A DNA stretch of 64,000 bases. Source: Dicyema japonicum. Its lineage: Eukaryota; Animalia; Dicyemida. Each line of letters starts with the position of its first letter. Position 1 is the first letter of the stretch. The notes beneath the pieces were generated by a model that did not search any database, was not told the DNA's origin, and saw only the letters and a program-made list of their open reading frames with translations. Where the stretch lies: the NCBI GenBank assembly GCA_011109175.1, contig RDEW01000012.1:76525-140524 (forward strand), in the 5' to 3' direction. Made by a program: the position numbers and the translations under genes. This document shows positions 1 to 13,252 of this stretch, piece by piece.

Positions 1-344
1 CCTTAGCCTATCGAAGAGAAAGTCACTTTACTTCTCTTCAATTGAATATCAAAGAGATTAAAGGAAAGATCAGGGAACTCCACATACTCCTGGAAAGTCA
101 GAAGATCAACGTGGTTATGATTCAAAAGACCAAACTCACTTTTTTTATTCCCTGGATCAAGGCTATTAGGATGGACCGTAAAAAAGAAAAGGTGAAGGCC
201 TGCTCACTTTATTCAAAAAAAAACTTTAAATGCAGAAACATCTCCTCAGAAATGAGGAAACTTGTTGTGAATGATGATGTAACCGAAACAGTTGGAATCT
301 CGCTCGGGACAACGAAAGGGAGATCGCCTACTTTAACCATATAA
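1..344 (+). mobile_element. Non-LTR retrotransposon fragment, APE endonuclease N-terminus (degenerate)
   Basis: LQLNIKEIKGKIRELHILLESQKINVVMIQKTKL matches the NxxG..K..EL...L.....D...(I)QETKL start of LINE APE domains and the other I/Ingi-like copies in the window. Confidence 0.7.
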
Positions 345-457
345 TCCTAAAAGCAAGATCAATGGCTACCCAACTTCGATTTAATTTGTCGATTGGTGGT
401 TCTCAACGCGGTCATGTCAAATTTATTATCAGATTAAAAAAATTATTATTTGAAAAC

Positions 458-1830
458 CCACTTTATTTAACCAACAATAAAAAGTTAATATTTAACCTTC
501 CTCGCCTGCCTGTTCGCCAGCCTCCTCAGGCAGGTTCGATTCTGGTTGCTGAAACAACTCCGAGAGCGCTTGTCGAATTGAACCCTTTGCCCATATGGCA
601 TTTCCGGGCTCTGCCTCCTATACTCCAGTTTCAGGCTTTCTAGGGTCCGCTTTAATACAATGGACTGTAGATAGGCCTGGAGCTCCTATCTACATCCAAC
701 TGCTTCAGATAACCCTTGTGGTACTTTGTTGCAATTCCTTCCCACGTCATTACTATAGGAATAATGAGGACCTTGCAACCAAGCATCTGCCCCATCTCGT
801 TTGCAGGCAAGTCATACTTCCTTTTTTCTTCACCTACAGTCTGCAAACGGTCTTGAGACGTGATGCCAACCTCTATGATAAGGACTTGGCCAGACTCCTT
901 ATCGTGTACCACAATGTCCGGTTTATTGTGCTTGACTAGCACCGAGGTACGGATAACACTGTCTACCCTAATTTGGACCCTGGTGTTTTCTACTACAGAT
1001 TGCATTTTATGAGTCCGCAACTTTCTGGTGTAGCGAATACCATACTTATTGCATAGTAGAAGATGAAGACTCTTTACTACCTCGTTGCCTCCACACATAG
1101 TCGTGGCAGAGCATGGATCCACATCGAGTGGCTAAATGATCAACCGACATGCTCCTTGACTTACAGTGGGGACATGTATTTGTTGATCGATCCCAAAAAA
1201 TATTGCGATCTTGCATATACGTGTACAGCGCCTCCGGTCGAGATGAGTTGTCACCGTATTTTAGCCATATTGTCGACGACTTAAGGTCGACATGTGGGTT
1301 GTCCAATGCTCTGAAGAGGATCTTATGAAGGCTTTTTAAGTTGATCTTTTCCATCAAATTATTATATTGTAATTCGATCAACGCCTTCACATTGACTAGC
1401 CCACCATCATCAACACCATACTCAGCAGACAAAAAAGGTTGATAGTGCCTAGGTGGGTTGCCCGTGTTTTCTCGGTCGTTATTATGGCGTGCTTCCTAGC
1501 AGACACACTTGACCCAGATATCAGGGTGTCGTGCATTTGCTTTAGAATACGCTCACTTAGTTGGACTACTCCACACAGTCCACGGCCGAATTTATCATGG
1601 GGTAAATATAGTCTCTCCTTATTGGCTGTCAGCACATGGACATTGTTCTCTCTGAGTACTCCACGGATCATAACATCCATCTCATCATACTCTTTGGGCT
1701 CAAACTCCACAACACCTATGTAGTAGTTTAGCAGCGAGACAGCATCTCATTTAATGCTAGGAAGAAATTCTTTGCATTTAGAGACGTCTTACACAATAAC
1801 GCTGCTCTTTTACGGATATCTTCAGTAATT
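458..1830 (-). mobile_element. R4/Dong-like RLE non-LTR retrotransposon, 3' part (RT C-terminus, CCHC finger, restriction-like endonuclease), frameshifted
   Basis: KERLYLPHDKFGRGL, CPHCKSRSMSVDHLATRC and HNKPDIVV..IIEVGIT..KRKYD (PD-(D/E)xK) in consecutive frameshifted ORFs; the 3' end recurs at 29475-29760. Confidence 0.75.
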
Positions 1831-2179
1831 TGTCGCTTTGTCTCAGGCATTATTTATTTATTGCTTTGTCTCAGTCTCAGGCATTATAAGGGACTTGGAG
1901 TTTCGGTAACAGCCAGATATTAATATCCTTCGAATAAAATTGTTTATATTTTTTAATTAATTTTTTTTCAATGCTAGTATTTTTATATGATCTACTTTGT
2001 GGTTAACTTTTATATATACTCGTGTAATTTTTATAATTAGGTTTTAAAATTATTGAACCAAAAAACACCGTCATAGCAAGAATGAAGAAATTCAAGTGAT
2101 CCGGCATCCCACATCAGTCTTCGCAAGCTGGACTTGAAGGAAGTGCCGTCCAGGTGGAACTCCTCTGGATGGTTGACTA

Positions 2180-2248
2180 ATGGCTTTTTTTAAATATAAT
2201 TTAGGATTATATCTGGCGCCACCAGAGATGGTGAACCACATAACCCAC
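2180..2248 (-). ncRNA. Nested-pseudoknot RNA motif, copy 1 (HDV-ribozyme-like topology, decayed)
   Basis: GUGG-GUU AU GUGGUUC ACC AUCUCU GGU GGCGCC AG [AUAUAA/UUAUAU hairpin] UUAAAAA AAGCCAU; same stem order as four other copies. Confidence 0.55.
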
Positions 2249-2529
2249 GCTAACAATTCAAACTTCCTGGAGCCAAAAGGGAAGAGGTGAAACAGAAGAA
2301 TCAAATAATCATCAATTCATGTAGCCAAATAGCACTACACTCACTTTGGAGCCACTCGGCATAGGTAAATAAAATAAAAATCTTTATAATTATGATTAAT
2401 TATTTTAGAAAAAAAACTGGATATGAGTAATATTACTAAAAAACAGCGACAATTTACTAAAGATTATTATCATATGATTTAGTGCATAATATGATAATCT
2501 AGATACACCATTTTGTTTAATATGCCACC

Positions 2530-2930
2530 GTACATTAACGAATGAAAGCAAAACGCCAAACAAACTCACAAATCATTTGGACAGTGCACAAAAATAAAAT
2601 GGATAAACCTTTGGAGTTTTTTTTAATAAACTGAAAGATAATTATATACGAATGCAAAGACTTTATCCAATGTTATTAAAATTCGATGAAAACAAATTTA
2701 GGTAATAAATTTCACATTCTATTTGTTTTAATTAAATCATACAAAAGTAAACTTATTGCCAAGTCGGGGAATTATCATAATATTGGAGAAACACTAATTA
2801 TGCCTGCTGCAGAAATAATTTTATCGCAAATTCAAATGTGGAATCAGATGAAATATTATATTCAATTCCGTTAAGTAGATCTACTGTTACCGGAAGGATC
2901 GATAATATGGCACAGGATGAATTAAAGGCC
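2530..2930 (+). mobile_element. hAT (Buster/Charlie, ZBED5-like) transposase N-terminal fragment
   Basis: Pieces NESKTPNKLTNHL..VHKNKMDKPLEFF, LIAKSG..HNIGETLIMPAAEII and SIPLSRSTVTGRIDNMAQD, with frameshifts. Confidence 0.7.
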
Positions 2931-3059
2931 AAGTAGCTCAAGGGTCAGAGGTTGAAATTGAATCGTGTTCTTACGACAGTAAATCGTTGTACGGGTTAGC
3001 TAGTTAAAATCACTTCGCGTAGCCCTAAAAAGGTTTCGCTTGAGCCATGCTTTACAGGC

Positions 3060-4700
3060 ATCCTCCTCGCCATCCTCGCACTATGATCGAAAATGTCTTC
3101 CTGATAGTTGACAGTAGAATAATAGGCCTTAATCCATCCAGCGATCCCTCTTTTTCCCCAGGTTTGTATATCGGAATTAAGACTCCATGTCCAATAAAAG
3201 TGAACAGTTAAGTTCCATCGACTCGTTTAATATATCCGTGATTATATTCCCAACAATAACAGGAGTATGTTTTGTCACCTGTTGTTAAGGGAACCCGGTT
3301 TATAAAGGAACCCCGAACATATTTTTAAATTGAAATTATCAATAAATATTAATTTCCATTATAAAATCAAAAAACATTTAAAATTTTAATATATAAGTGT
3401 AAAAATTAATTAATTAAATCTAGCGTGTAAAATACGTTTTGTGACACTTTATAAGGAGGAGTTATCAAAAATTAAATCTTTTAAAGAATCTGATGTGTTA
3501 CTACAAGCCAGTAACAAAAAGAAAGATTTATTGAATTTCTGCATGGACTAAAATTTGGTCACGTAGGCTTTTCTGGTCAGTACATACAAAGTCTACATCA
3601 TCCGTTTATAACAATTCAATTATATCTTCGTATTTATAACCTATTTCCTTTCTCAGTTCCCTGAGAGCAGCTTCGAGGTATATGATGAATAGAACTGGGG
3701 ATATGGAATCCCCTTGTGTGGTGCCCATGTTGGTACTGAAACTCTTTGAGTGCTTAGTTCCTATTTTCACGGATAGAACAGTTTCAGAAAGTAATAGACT
3801 TATTAGTCTCAGGCAGTCCTTGTCATGCAGTTCCTGTAGAATATCCATGAGTTTTTCTCTGTTGATGCTGTCAAAAGCCTTCGTTAGGTCAATTCCTAAG
3901 ATGTAGATGACTTTTTGTAGTTTTGACATATTGATGTAAGCCATCGATGACTCCACATGATATCTGAGGTAGGCCTTCCACTTCTAAACCCACTTTGAAT
4001 TTGGGAAAGGTATTTTTCTACTGACTCTCGTATACAGATAAGAACTATGATCAATAATGTCTTCCTGATAGTTGAAAGTAGAATAATAGGCCTTAATCCA
4101 TCTAGCGATCCCTCTTTCCCCAGGTTTGTATATCGGAATTAAGACTCCATGTCCAATGGAAGTGAACAGTTAAGTTCCATCGATTCGTTTAATATATCCG
4201 TGATTATATTCCCAACAATAACCGGAGCATGTTTTAGTAACTCCCCGGGATGCTATCATGCCATCATAGCGAGCTTAGGTGTATGAATGCATTTGTTACT
4301 TTATTATTGTAATTTTGTTTGTAAGAGGTCTTGGATTTCCAATAAACTTAGGTATATTCACTCCAACTTAATTAAACTGTGCCTCGAAGTGTTTGGCAAT
4401 ATGGTTTATTTTATCCTCTGGGTTTTGTAAATAATAACCCACGTTGTCGCAGATTTTCAGCGACTTTTTCGCAGTTCCTCGTGTAATAATGTAACAGCAG
4501 AAAACATTCGTTTTCTATAGTTTTCAATTTCAATCACCTTATCGTCCAAATATTTGTGCCAGAGGTCATTCGATCGTTTTTTTATCAAATGTGATATTCA
4601 ATTACGTTTTCTCTTTAATGCACTTTATTCGAATTTGAACTTCCCAGTTTCGAACGTAATTCCATTTGCTGTTCTGACAATTCTCTTATTACGGGGTCAT
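3060..4700 (-). mobile_element. RTE-like LINE RT fragments (about 190 bp segment present twice, 3080-3265 and 4035-4225)
   Basis: GIDLTKAFDSINR..GTTQGDSISPVLFIIYLEAALRELR, homologous to the intact element at 22505-25557. Confidence 0.75.
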
Positions 4701-4999
4701 GAATAATACGTATATTCCGGTCTTTTTCATGGTATCCAACTGACGTTTGAGATAAAAACTTTTGCCTTTAATATATTTTGAAAATCTGTTGAAAATAATT
4801 TTCCCATGATTTTTGAGATACTACATATAAGGCTAATCTGCCTATACTTTTTAGATTTAAACTAACTTTCCCTTCTTATGGATCATCGGACAAAGTTACA
4901 AAATGGATTATTACGATGGAGTTTAGAACATAGCAGTCGTTAATAGACTTTGTAAAAGTTTGTTGAAATTTTCTAGGCTTTCAGGAAAGAGGTAACAAG

Positions 5000-5800
5000 G
5001 ATATCTTCAGGATAAAAAAACGCAATGTGGAAAATCAAACTCGTGCAATTTAGAGATGGCTCTACTAATCTCCAATAGTTTTTTATTCACATATGGGGTT
5101 AAATCCCCGTGGAAATGAGTGAGCTCAATATCATAAGATGTTCCACGTCGGTAATAGCAGCGTCGGGGAGAATAGACATGATCCTTCATCGCCATTTGAG
5201 AATTCATTTTTTGAGAGTCTCAGATTACAAATTTCGGATTTATGTGGATTAATCTCGAGGCCATAAATGCTAAGAGTGGCAAGAAGTATTTCTAGACTTT
5301 TCATAACCGACTCAGCTGAGCCACCGATCGTAGCATTGTCTAAATACAGATAATGAAAACTGTCACACACAAATAGCCTCTTCAACAAACAAATCAAAAA
5401 ATCACATGTTTGATCCCAGTCAATAATTTAATGAGTCCATCACCAATAACGAGATGGGTTGGAGTACCGTTTGCGAGGTTCGTAATGTGAATAATTTTTT
5501 GGGTTCTCCTAAAAACGGTTTCAAGAAGATGATCCCTTCTCGTCGAATTAAAGGAGTTGGAACCGTCTAGCTTCACAATAATTCCAGAGTTATCCACTTT
5601 ACAATAGACGAGTGGCATGATTGGCCAATTCGCAGTCACCACGGACGCCAACTCTGAGTTGTACTGGTTTCAGTTCGAATAACAGATCATCGATGACACG
5701 CCAACACGAAAGCTAGCTATAGTTTTAACCATGCGGTGTTATAAACTATCAACTAAACGGTTCCACCTTCCGCGGTCATGCCAATCTTTCTTAAGTAGTC
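5000..5800 (-). mobile_element. CRE-like non-LTR retrotransposon RT fragment
   Basis: PVQLRVGVRGDCELANHATR, KLDGSNSFNSTRRDHLL and YLYLDNATIGG correspond to CRE-type QLGVG..GCE..H, KLDF.NAFNS.RRD and YLDD.T.GG. Confidence 0.7.
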
Positions 5801-6099
5801 CAAATGTTCTCAACATTTTTTTTGACGTATTTGAGATCAGCATCAAGTATCAAAGAAAGTGTGATTCGGGGGAGCCCACAGAAACGTGATCCAGTCTCAA
5901 AGAAGTACTCCCCTATTGCTATTTAGCTGGGGTATCAATTTCCAGTCTCAATATATGTCGAAGAGCCTCCATCTCAAATTAGTGATCTCGAAACTCAAAG
6001 AACCAGTGGAGCTAACATTATATAAAGCATTCTTGTCTATTTACGAAAATTTTCCTGAACTGCTTTCAATGAAACGAATCTATTCCCTGTTACTTGACC

Positions 6100-6720
6100 T
6101 TTGAAATTTTCCATGTTGATAATAGGAGTGGTTTAACAAAGCCGTTTATAGCCTTATCTAGATGGTATACTTTATCGTCTTCCATCAATCCAGTTCTTTA
6201 TAACTTTGTTCAGCTGTAGCAAGGGTCTTTCTTCGAACGATATCCTCACTGATATCCAAGTAATTCTCCGCTAGGTTCCAGTTCTTAAATTTATTAGGAG
6301 CTACTTCCAATAGGCGAATAAGGGAGAAAAGTCCCCTTTAGGAAAACACACATTATATGTGAATTCTCTTGCCATTGTCAATTCGAACTCTTAGCTTCTT
6401 GTTGTATAAAAGAATTATTATCATTTTCACAGAGTCCATAAATCCTGGCCTTCAGTAGTTGACCTCGACGGACTATGTGAAAGCCCTCGTAAAGTCTATA
6501 AAAAGGATTGTTGTTGCGTTTTGATATCTTTGGTTACAGCGTAGCGCCACTTGTGGCTCCAATCTGTATCCGTAGTTGATTTTCAAGTACTATGTGAATA
6601 TTAGTCATAAATCATATTCAAAAGACTTACATGTCATTCAGGCCATGGTCGAAGGAATAAATGTCTAAGCATGACTTTCTTCGACCCGTCAATGGTGCAT
6701 ACATGTAATCAGGAAAATGA
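6100..6720 (-). mobile_element. Degenerate RTE-like LINE fragment
   Basis: STTDTDWSHKWRYAV..RYQNATTILFIDFTRAF resembles STADVVWCHRWQCAIQQRF..ILGIDLTRAF of the intact element. Confidence 0.55.
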
Positions 6721-6889
6721 ATAACTCGTCGTCCCGTCAAAAAAGACTTCCACATCGTTACTACGGAGAAAACTAAACGTCCCCAATCATGGAATACCTC
6801 ATAAAATAAAAATTTCCCAGTCCTTAATCAACTGTGATTTGTGCAATAATTATTTTTCTTAGTTTTGAAAATAAAAACTGAAAATTAAT

Positions 6890-7590
6890 TAAATCGGAAT
6901 AGAAGCGCTCCGAAACATCTTTAACTGTTCAATAAACCATAACCAAATTCAAGACATTTGGAAACAGTCCAACATACGCCCAATTCTCAAGCCGGAAAAT
7001 CGAAGAACAACCCCTATTCGTACAGACCCATTGCACTATTATGCTCATCTTCGAAGCTCCTGGAAAAACTCGTTCTACACATCATTTATCCCACCCTTCC
7101 CTTTGCACATCTCCAAAATGGTTTCAGGAGAGACCGATCTACTTCAACACACCTCACCTCATTGAACCAGTTATTATTGAAGCTTTTCTGCAAAACCACA
7201 TCTAAAATCGGTTTTATGCTGTATCGACCTACAAAAAGCCTTCGATCTGTATCAGAAAAATCCTCACTCGAAAAATATTTAGACTATCCATCAACCCGAA
7301 CACAAAATTATGGCTTTTATTTCCTCAGCGGAAGGAAAGAGCGTGTATGCTTGGATGGTATTCGATCAGTCTCAAGAATACTTCCAAAAGAAGTTCCCAA
7401 AGGCTCCCCTGTCTCCTGCCCTATTCAACTTATACCTTTCCGACATTCCCAACCCAGTTATGGAAGACTCGATAATTCTCGCTTATGATGATGACCTACT
7501 CATTATTTCACGTGATCACCTCACGAATGCTTCAAAGAAGTACAAGAACTCTTGCTTCAAATTCAAACTTGGCTACACCAAAACCGGATG
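6890..7590 (+). mobile_element. I/Ingi-like LINE RT fragment, interrupted by the 45-bp array
   Basis: SYRPIALLCSSSKLLEKLVL..QNGFRRDRST, LSPALFNLYLSDIP..LAYDDDLLI; close paralog at 42659-43975. Confidence 0.8.
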
Positions 7591-10500
7591 AACATATCTC
7601 CATAAAAATCTCCACCACTCTATTATACCTGATGAACATAACTCCAGGAAAATCCTCCACGACTCTATTATACCTGATGAACATATCTCCAGGAAAATCC
7701 TCCACCACTCTATTATACCTGATGAACATATCTCCAGGAAAATCCTCCACCACTCTATTATACCTGATGAACATATCTCCAGGAAAATCCTCCACCACTC
7801 TATTATACCTGATGAACATATCTCCAGGAAAATCCTCCACCACTCTATTATACCTGATGAACATAACTCCAGAAAATCCTCCACCACTCTATTATACCTG
7901 ATGAACATATCTCCAGGAAAATCCTCCACCACTCTATTATACCTGATGAACATATCTCCAGGAAAATCCTCCACCACTCTATTATACCTGATGAACATAA
8001 CTCCAGAAAATCCTCCACCACTCTATTATACCTGATGAACATAACTCCAGAAAATCCTCCACACTCTATTATACCTGATGAACATATCTCCAGGAAAATC
8101 CTCCACCACTCTATTATACCTGATGAACATATCTCCAGGAAAATCCTCCACCACTCTATTATACCTGATGAACATAACTCCAGGAAAATCCTCCACACTC
8201 TATTATACCTGATGAACATAACTCCAGGAAAATCCTCCACCACTCTATTATACCTGATGAACATAACTCCAGGAAAATCCTCCACCACTCTATTATACCT
8301 GATGAACATATCTCCAGGAAAATCCTCCACCACTCTATTATACCTGATGAACATAACTCCAGGAAAATCCTCCACCACTCTATTATACCTGATGAACATA
8401 ACTCCAGGAAAATCCTCCACCACTCTATTATACCTGATGAACATAACTCCATGAAAATCCTCCACCACTCTATTATACCTGATGAACATATCTCCAGGAA
8501 AATCCTCCACCACTCTATTATACCTGATGAACATATCTCCAGGAAAATCCTCCACCACTCTATTATACCTGATGAACATAACTCCAGGAAAATCCTCCAC
8601 CACTCTATTATACCTGATGAACATAACTCCAGGAAAATCCTCCAACCACTCTATTATACCTGATGAACATAACTCCAGGAAAATCCTCCACCACTCTATT
8701 ATACCTGATGAACATAACTCCATGAAAATCCTCCACCACTCTATTATACCTGATGAACATAACTCCAGGAAAATCCTCCACCACTCTATTATACCTGATG
8801 AACATAACTCCATGAAAATCCTCCACCACTCTATTATACCTGATGAACATAACTCCATGAAAATCCTCCACCACTCTATTATACCTGATGAACATAACTC
8901 CAGGAAAATCCTCCACACTCTATTATACCTGATGAACATATCTTCCAGGAAATCCTCCACCACTCTATTATACCTGATGAACATATCTCCAGGAAAATCC
9001 TCCACCACTCTATTATACCTGATGAACATAACTCCAGGAAAATCCTCCAACACTCTATTATACCTGATGAACATAACTCCAGGAAAATCCTCCACCACTA
9101 TATTATACCTGATGAACATAACTCCAGGAAAATCCTCCAACTCTATTATACTGCTTGATGAACATAACTCCATGAAAATCCTCCACCACTCTTTATACCT
9201 GAATGAACATATCTCCAGGAAAATCCTCCACCACTCTATTATACCTGATGAACATAACTCCAAGAAAATCCTTCCATCCTCCTCCACACTCTATTATACC
9301 TGATGAACATAACTCCAGGAAAATCCTCCACCACTCTATTATACCTGATGAACATATCTCCATGAAAATCCTCATCCACCACTCTATTATACCTGATGAA
9401 CATAACTCCAGGTAAAATCCTCCAACACTCTATTATACCTGATGAACATAACTCCAGGAAAATCCTCCACCACTCTATTATACCTGATGAACATATCTCC
9501 ATGAAAATCCTCCACCACTCTATTATACCTGATGAACATATCTCCAGGAAAATCCTCCACCACATCTATTATACCTGATGAACATATCTCCAGGAAAATC
9601 CTCCACCACTCTATTATACCTGATGAACATATCTCCAGGAAAATCCTCCACCACTCTATTATACCTTGATGAACATAACTCCAGAAAATCCTCCAACCAC
9701 TCTATTATACCTGATGAACATAACTCCAGGAAAATCCTCCACCACTCTATTATACCTGATGAACATATCTCCAGGAAAATCCTCCACCACTCTATTATAC
9801 CTGATGAACATATCTCCAGGAAAATCCTCACCACTCTATTATACCTGATGAACATAATCTCCAGGAAAATCCTCCACCACTCTATTATACCTGATGAACA
9901 TAACTCTCAGGAAAATCCTCCACCACTCTATTATACCTGATGAACATATCTCCATGAAAATCCTCCACCACTCTATTATACCTGATGAACATATCTCCAG
10001 GAAAATCCTCCACCACTCTATTATACCTGATGAACATATCTCCAGGAAAATCCTCCACCACTCTATTATACCTGATGAACATAACTCCAGGAAAATCCTC
10101 CACCACTCTATTATACCTGATGAACATAACTCCAGGAAAATCCTCCACCACTCTATTATACCTGATGAACATAACTCCAGGAAAATCCTCCACCACTCTA
10201 TTATACCTGATGAACATAACTCCAGTAAAATCCTCCAACCACTCTATTATACCTGATGAACATAACTCCAGGAAAATCCTCCACCACTCTATTATACCTG
10301 ATGAACATATCTCCAGGAAAATCCTCCACCACTCTATTATACCTGATGAACATATCTCCAGGAAAATCCTCCACCACTCTATTATACCTGATGAACATAT
10401 CTCCAGGAAAATCCTCCACCACTCTATTATACCTGATGAACATAACTCCAGTAAAATCCTCCACACTCTATTATACCTGATGAACATAACTCCAGGAAAA

Positions 10501-11697
10501 TCCTCCACCACTCTATTATACCTGATGAACATATCTCCATGAAAATCCTCCACCACTCTATTATACCTGATGAACATAACTCCAGTAAAATCCTCCAACA
10601 CTCTATTATACCTGATGAACATAACTCCAGGAAAATCCTCCACCACTCTATTATACCTGATGAACATATCTCCATGAAAATCCTCCACCACTCTATTATA
10701 CCTGATGAACATATCTCCAGGAAAATCCTCCACCACTCTATTATACCTGATGAACATATCTCCATGAAAATCCTCCACCACTCTATTATACCTGATGAAC
10801 ATATCTCCAGGAAAATCCTCCACCACTCTATTATACCTGTGAACATATAACTCCAGAAAATCCTCCACCACTCTATTATACCTGATGAACATATCTCCAT
10901 GAAAATCCTCCACCACTCTATTATACCTGATGAACATATCTCCAGGAAAATCCTCCACCACTCTATTATACCTGATGAACATAACTCCAGAAAATCCTCC
11001 AACACTCTATTATACCTGATGAACATACTCCAGGAAAATCCTCCACCACTCTATTATACCTGATGAACATATCTCCAGGAAAATCCTCCACCACTCTATT
11101 ATACCTGATGAACATATCTCCATGAAAATCCTCCACCACTCTATTATACCTGATGAACATATCTCCAGGAAAATCCTCCACCACTCTATTATACCTGATG
11201 AACATAACTCCAGTAAAATCCTCCACCACTCTATTATACCTGATGAACATATCTCCAGGAAAATCCTCCACCACTCTATTATACCTGATGAACATAACTC
11301 CAGGAAAATCCTCCACCACTCTATTATACCTGATGAACATATCTCCAGGAAAATCCTCCACCACTCTATTATACCTGATGAACATAACTCCATAAAATCC
11401 TCCACCACTCTATTATACCTGATGAACATACTCCAGGAAAATCCTCCACCACTCTATTATACCTGATGAACATATCTCCAGGAAAATCCTCCACCACTCT
11501 ATTATACCTGATGAACATAACTCCAGGAAAATCCTCCACCACTCTATTATACCTGATGAACATATCTCCAGGAAAATCCTCCACCACTCTATTATACCTG
11601 ATGAACATATCTCCAGGAAAATCCTCCACCACTCTATTATACCTGATGAACATATCTCCAGGAAAATCCTCCACTTTATTATACCGGATGAACATAT
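7584..11697. repeat. Tandem array of a 45-bp unit, about 91 copies (CCTGATGAACATATCTCCAGGAAAATCCTCCACCACTCTATTATA)
   Basis: Head-to-tail repeat with variants ATATCT/ATAACT and CAGG/CATG/CAGT/CAG-; 4114 bp divided by 45; unit matches single-copy LINE sequence at about 43363-43410. Confidence 0.98.
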
Positions 11698-12079
11698 GGA
11701 TGCTATTTTCTTCAAAGTAGCTAAAAGACCTCTTACCTTCTTTACAGTGCTTCCAAACTGGCGCTAGTGCGCTTCTGAAAGTCACTATTTCTGTCCAGAG
11801 ACCTGAAATAAAACCCGAATTTATTTTGGGCCTTAATATCCTACAACTGAATACCAAGAAAAACTTAAGCTGTTTCTGACTACCCATAACATAGTCATTG
11901 GTCTTTTTAAAGAAACGACGTGCTAGCAATTGTGTTAGACACCATTTTCTTTATCAACACGACGGACACTACACGAGTAATATTTCATCAATTTATACAT
12001 TCTCCCTCCATTCAGTTGTCCCAAAGGATACAAAATGAATCTTTCATGGCTTTGATAAATAAGGAATTTAATTGTCTGC

Positions 12080-13170
12080 ACAGACTTTAGGTATATGTCA
12101 TACGTGGCTTTCTTGCAATAGCTCCGATAAAAAGAGACATCAACGGAATTGAAGGAGCTCGTTGTCCTGAATGATCCACATTAATACTCCATATTTCACT
12201 TTATGTTTTTGAACTTTCATCTAATCTTTAAGAATGTCATATATGGTCTCCAATAAGATCAAAACCTTCTCCTCTTGTCAGTCAAAATAATCTATTCGAG
12301 ACAATACATGAGGAAGGCAAGAGGAAGAGGGGACAAGAAGCGTTTAAAAATTTCTTAGTAGCAAATGGATTCGATACTTGCAAATTCTTAATGATTTAAC
12401 GATGCAGTCAGTTATCCGTCTTAACTCAACATGTATGATAGAAAACGGCCGGATGGAATGTCCATCTTTACGTTTGAATCAAAGAAGCCTCTGGCCTGGG
12501 ACGTCATTCAACTCGAAAAAGTCCACCGTGAGGAGGAATATGATCAATGATTTCGTATCAACAGTAGGCATTTGTCGAAAAGAGCTGTGGAACGACAATT
12601 AACGGACGATTTTGAAGCTACTTTTGATATGTTTTATAAGTATCTATCGAAAATTATAGGATGGATTTGAATTTCCTCATCTGATCAGTTCTGTGAAATT
12701 ATCAATCAAATCTTTTCCAGACCAGGACCTCCCTATGAGTATAAGGGACTTGTGTTAGTGCATGCATTTTCAGATAAATGTTTGATAGCCGACCTCCTAT
12801 ATGTTAGTGAGGTATAATTGTAGTCAACTTTCAATGCTCAGCTCGGCGCAGTCTGCTGGATCGGCAGCCGATATGGCCGAAAAAATCAAGATTAAAAAAT
12901 ATGGCGAAATTGGAGACCGCTACCGTTTTGTACCGATAGCAATCGAGACGTCTGGTGCGGCTGGAAGTATTACAGCCTCTTTCCTAAAGGAAATCGGGGG
13001 GAAAATTGGCCCACCGCAAGAAAGACGGGAAGCGGTCTGGCTGAGGCAAAGAATTGGTATCGCTGTTATTCGCGGAAACGCTTACTCCGTGATGTCAGCA
13101 GCCGCTCTCCCCCATAGTTAATAAATAATATTTTATTGTTAATAAATTTTTGTTTTAAAAAAAAAAAAAA
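12080..13170 (+). mobile_element. CRE-like retrotransposon 3' end (RLE endonuclease) with poly(A), containing an about 330 bp unexplained insert
   Basis: DRKRPDGMSIF..LAWDV, then AEKIKIKKY..FVPIAIETSG..WLRQRIGIAVIRGNA, stop at 13121, A-run at 13157-13170. Confidence 0.8.
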
Positions 13171-13252
13171 CTTTCAATCCTAATAGTGGATAATTGATGA
13201 GTAAAGATAACCTTTATTAAAAGCCGAATAATAAAATAATAGGAAAAAAATA

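Noticed and set aside
7584-11697. Hammerhead ribozyme satellite (each unit has CTGATGA and GAAA)
   Set aside because: The 12 nt between CUGAUGA and GAAA cannot form stem II and no stem III/UH partner exists; CTGATGA arises at the repeat junction of LINE-derived sequence
7584-11697. CRISPR array
   Set aside because: No unique spacers, eukaryotic context and no cas genes
7485-11929. Dozens of repetitive ORFs up to 479 aa
   Set aside because: They are a by-product of a 45-bp unit that is stop-free in several frames on both strands; frequent indels shift frames
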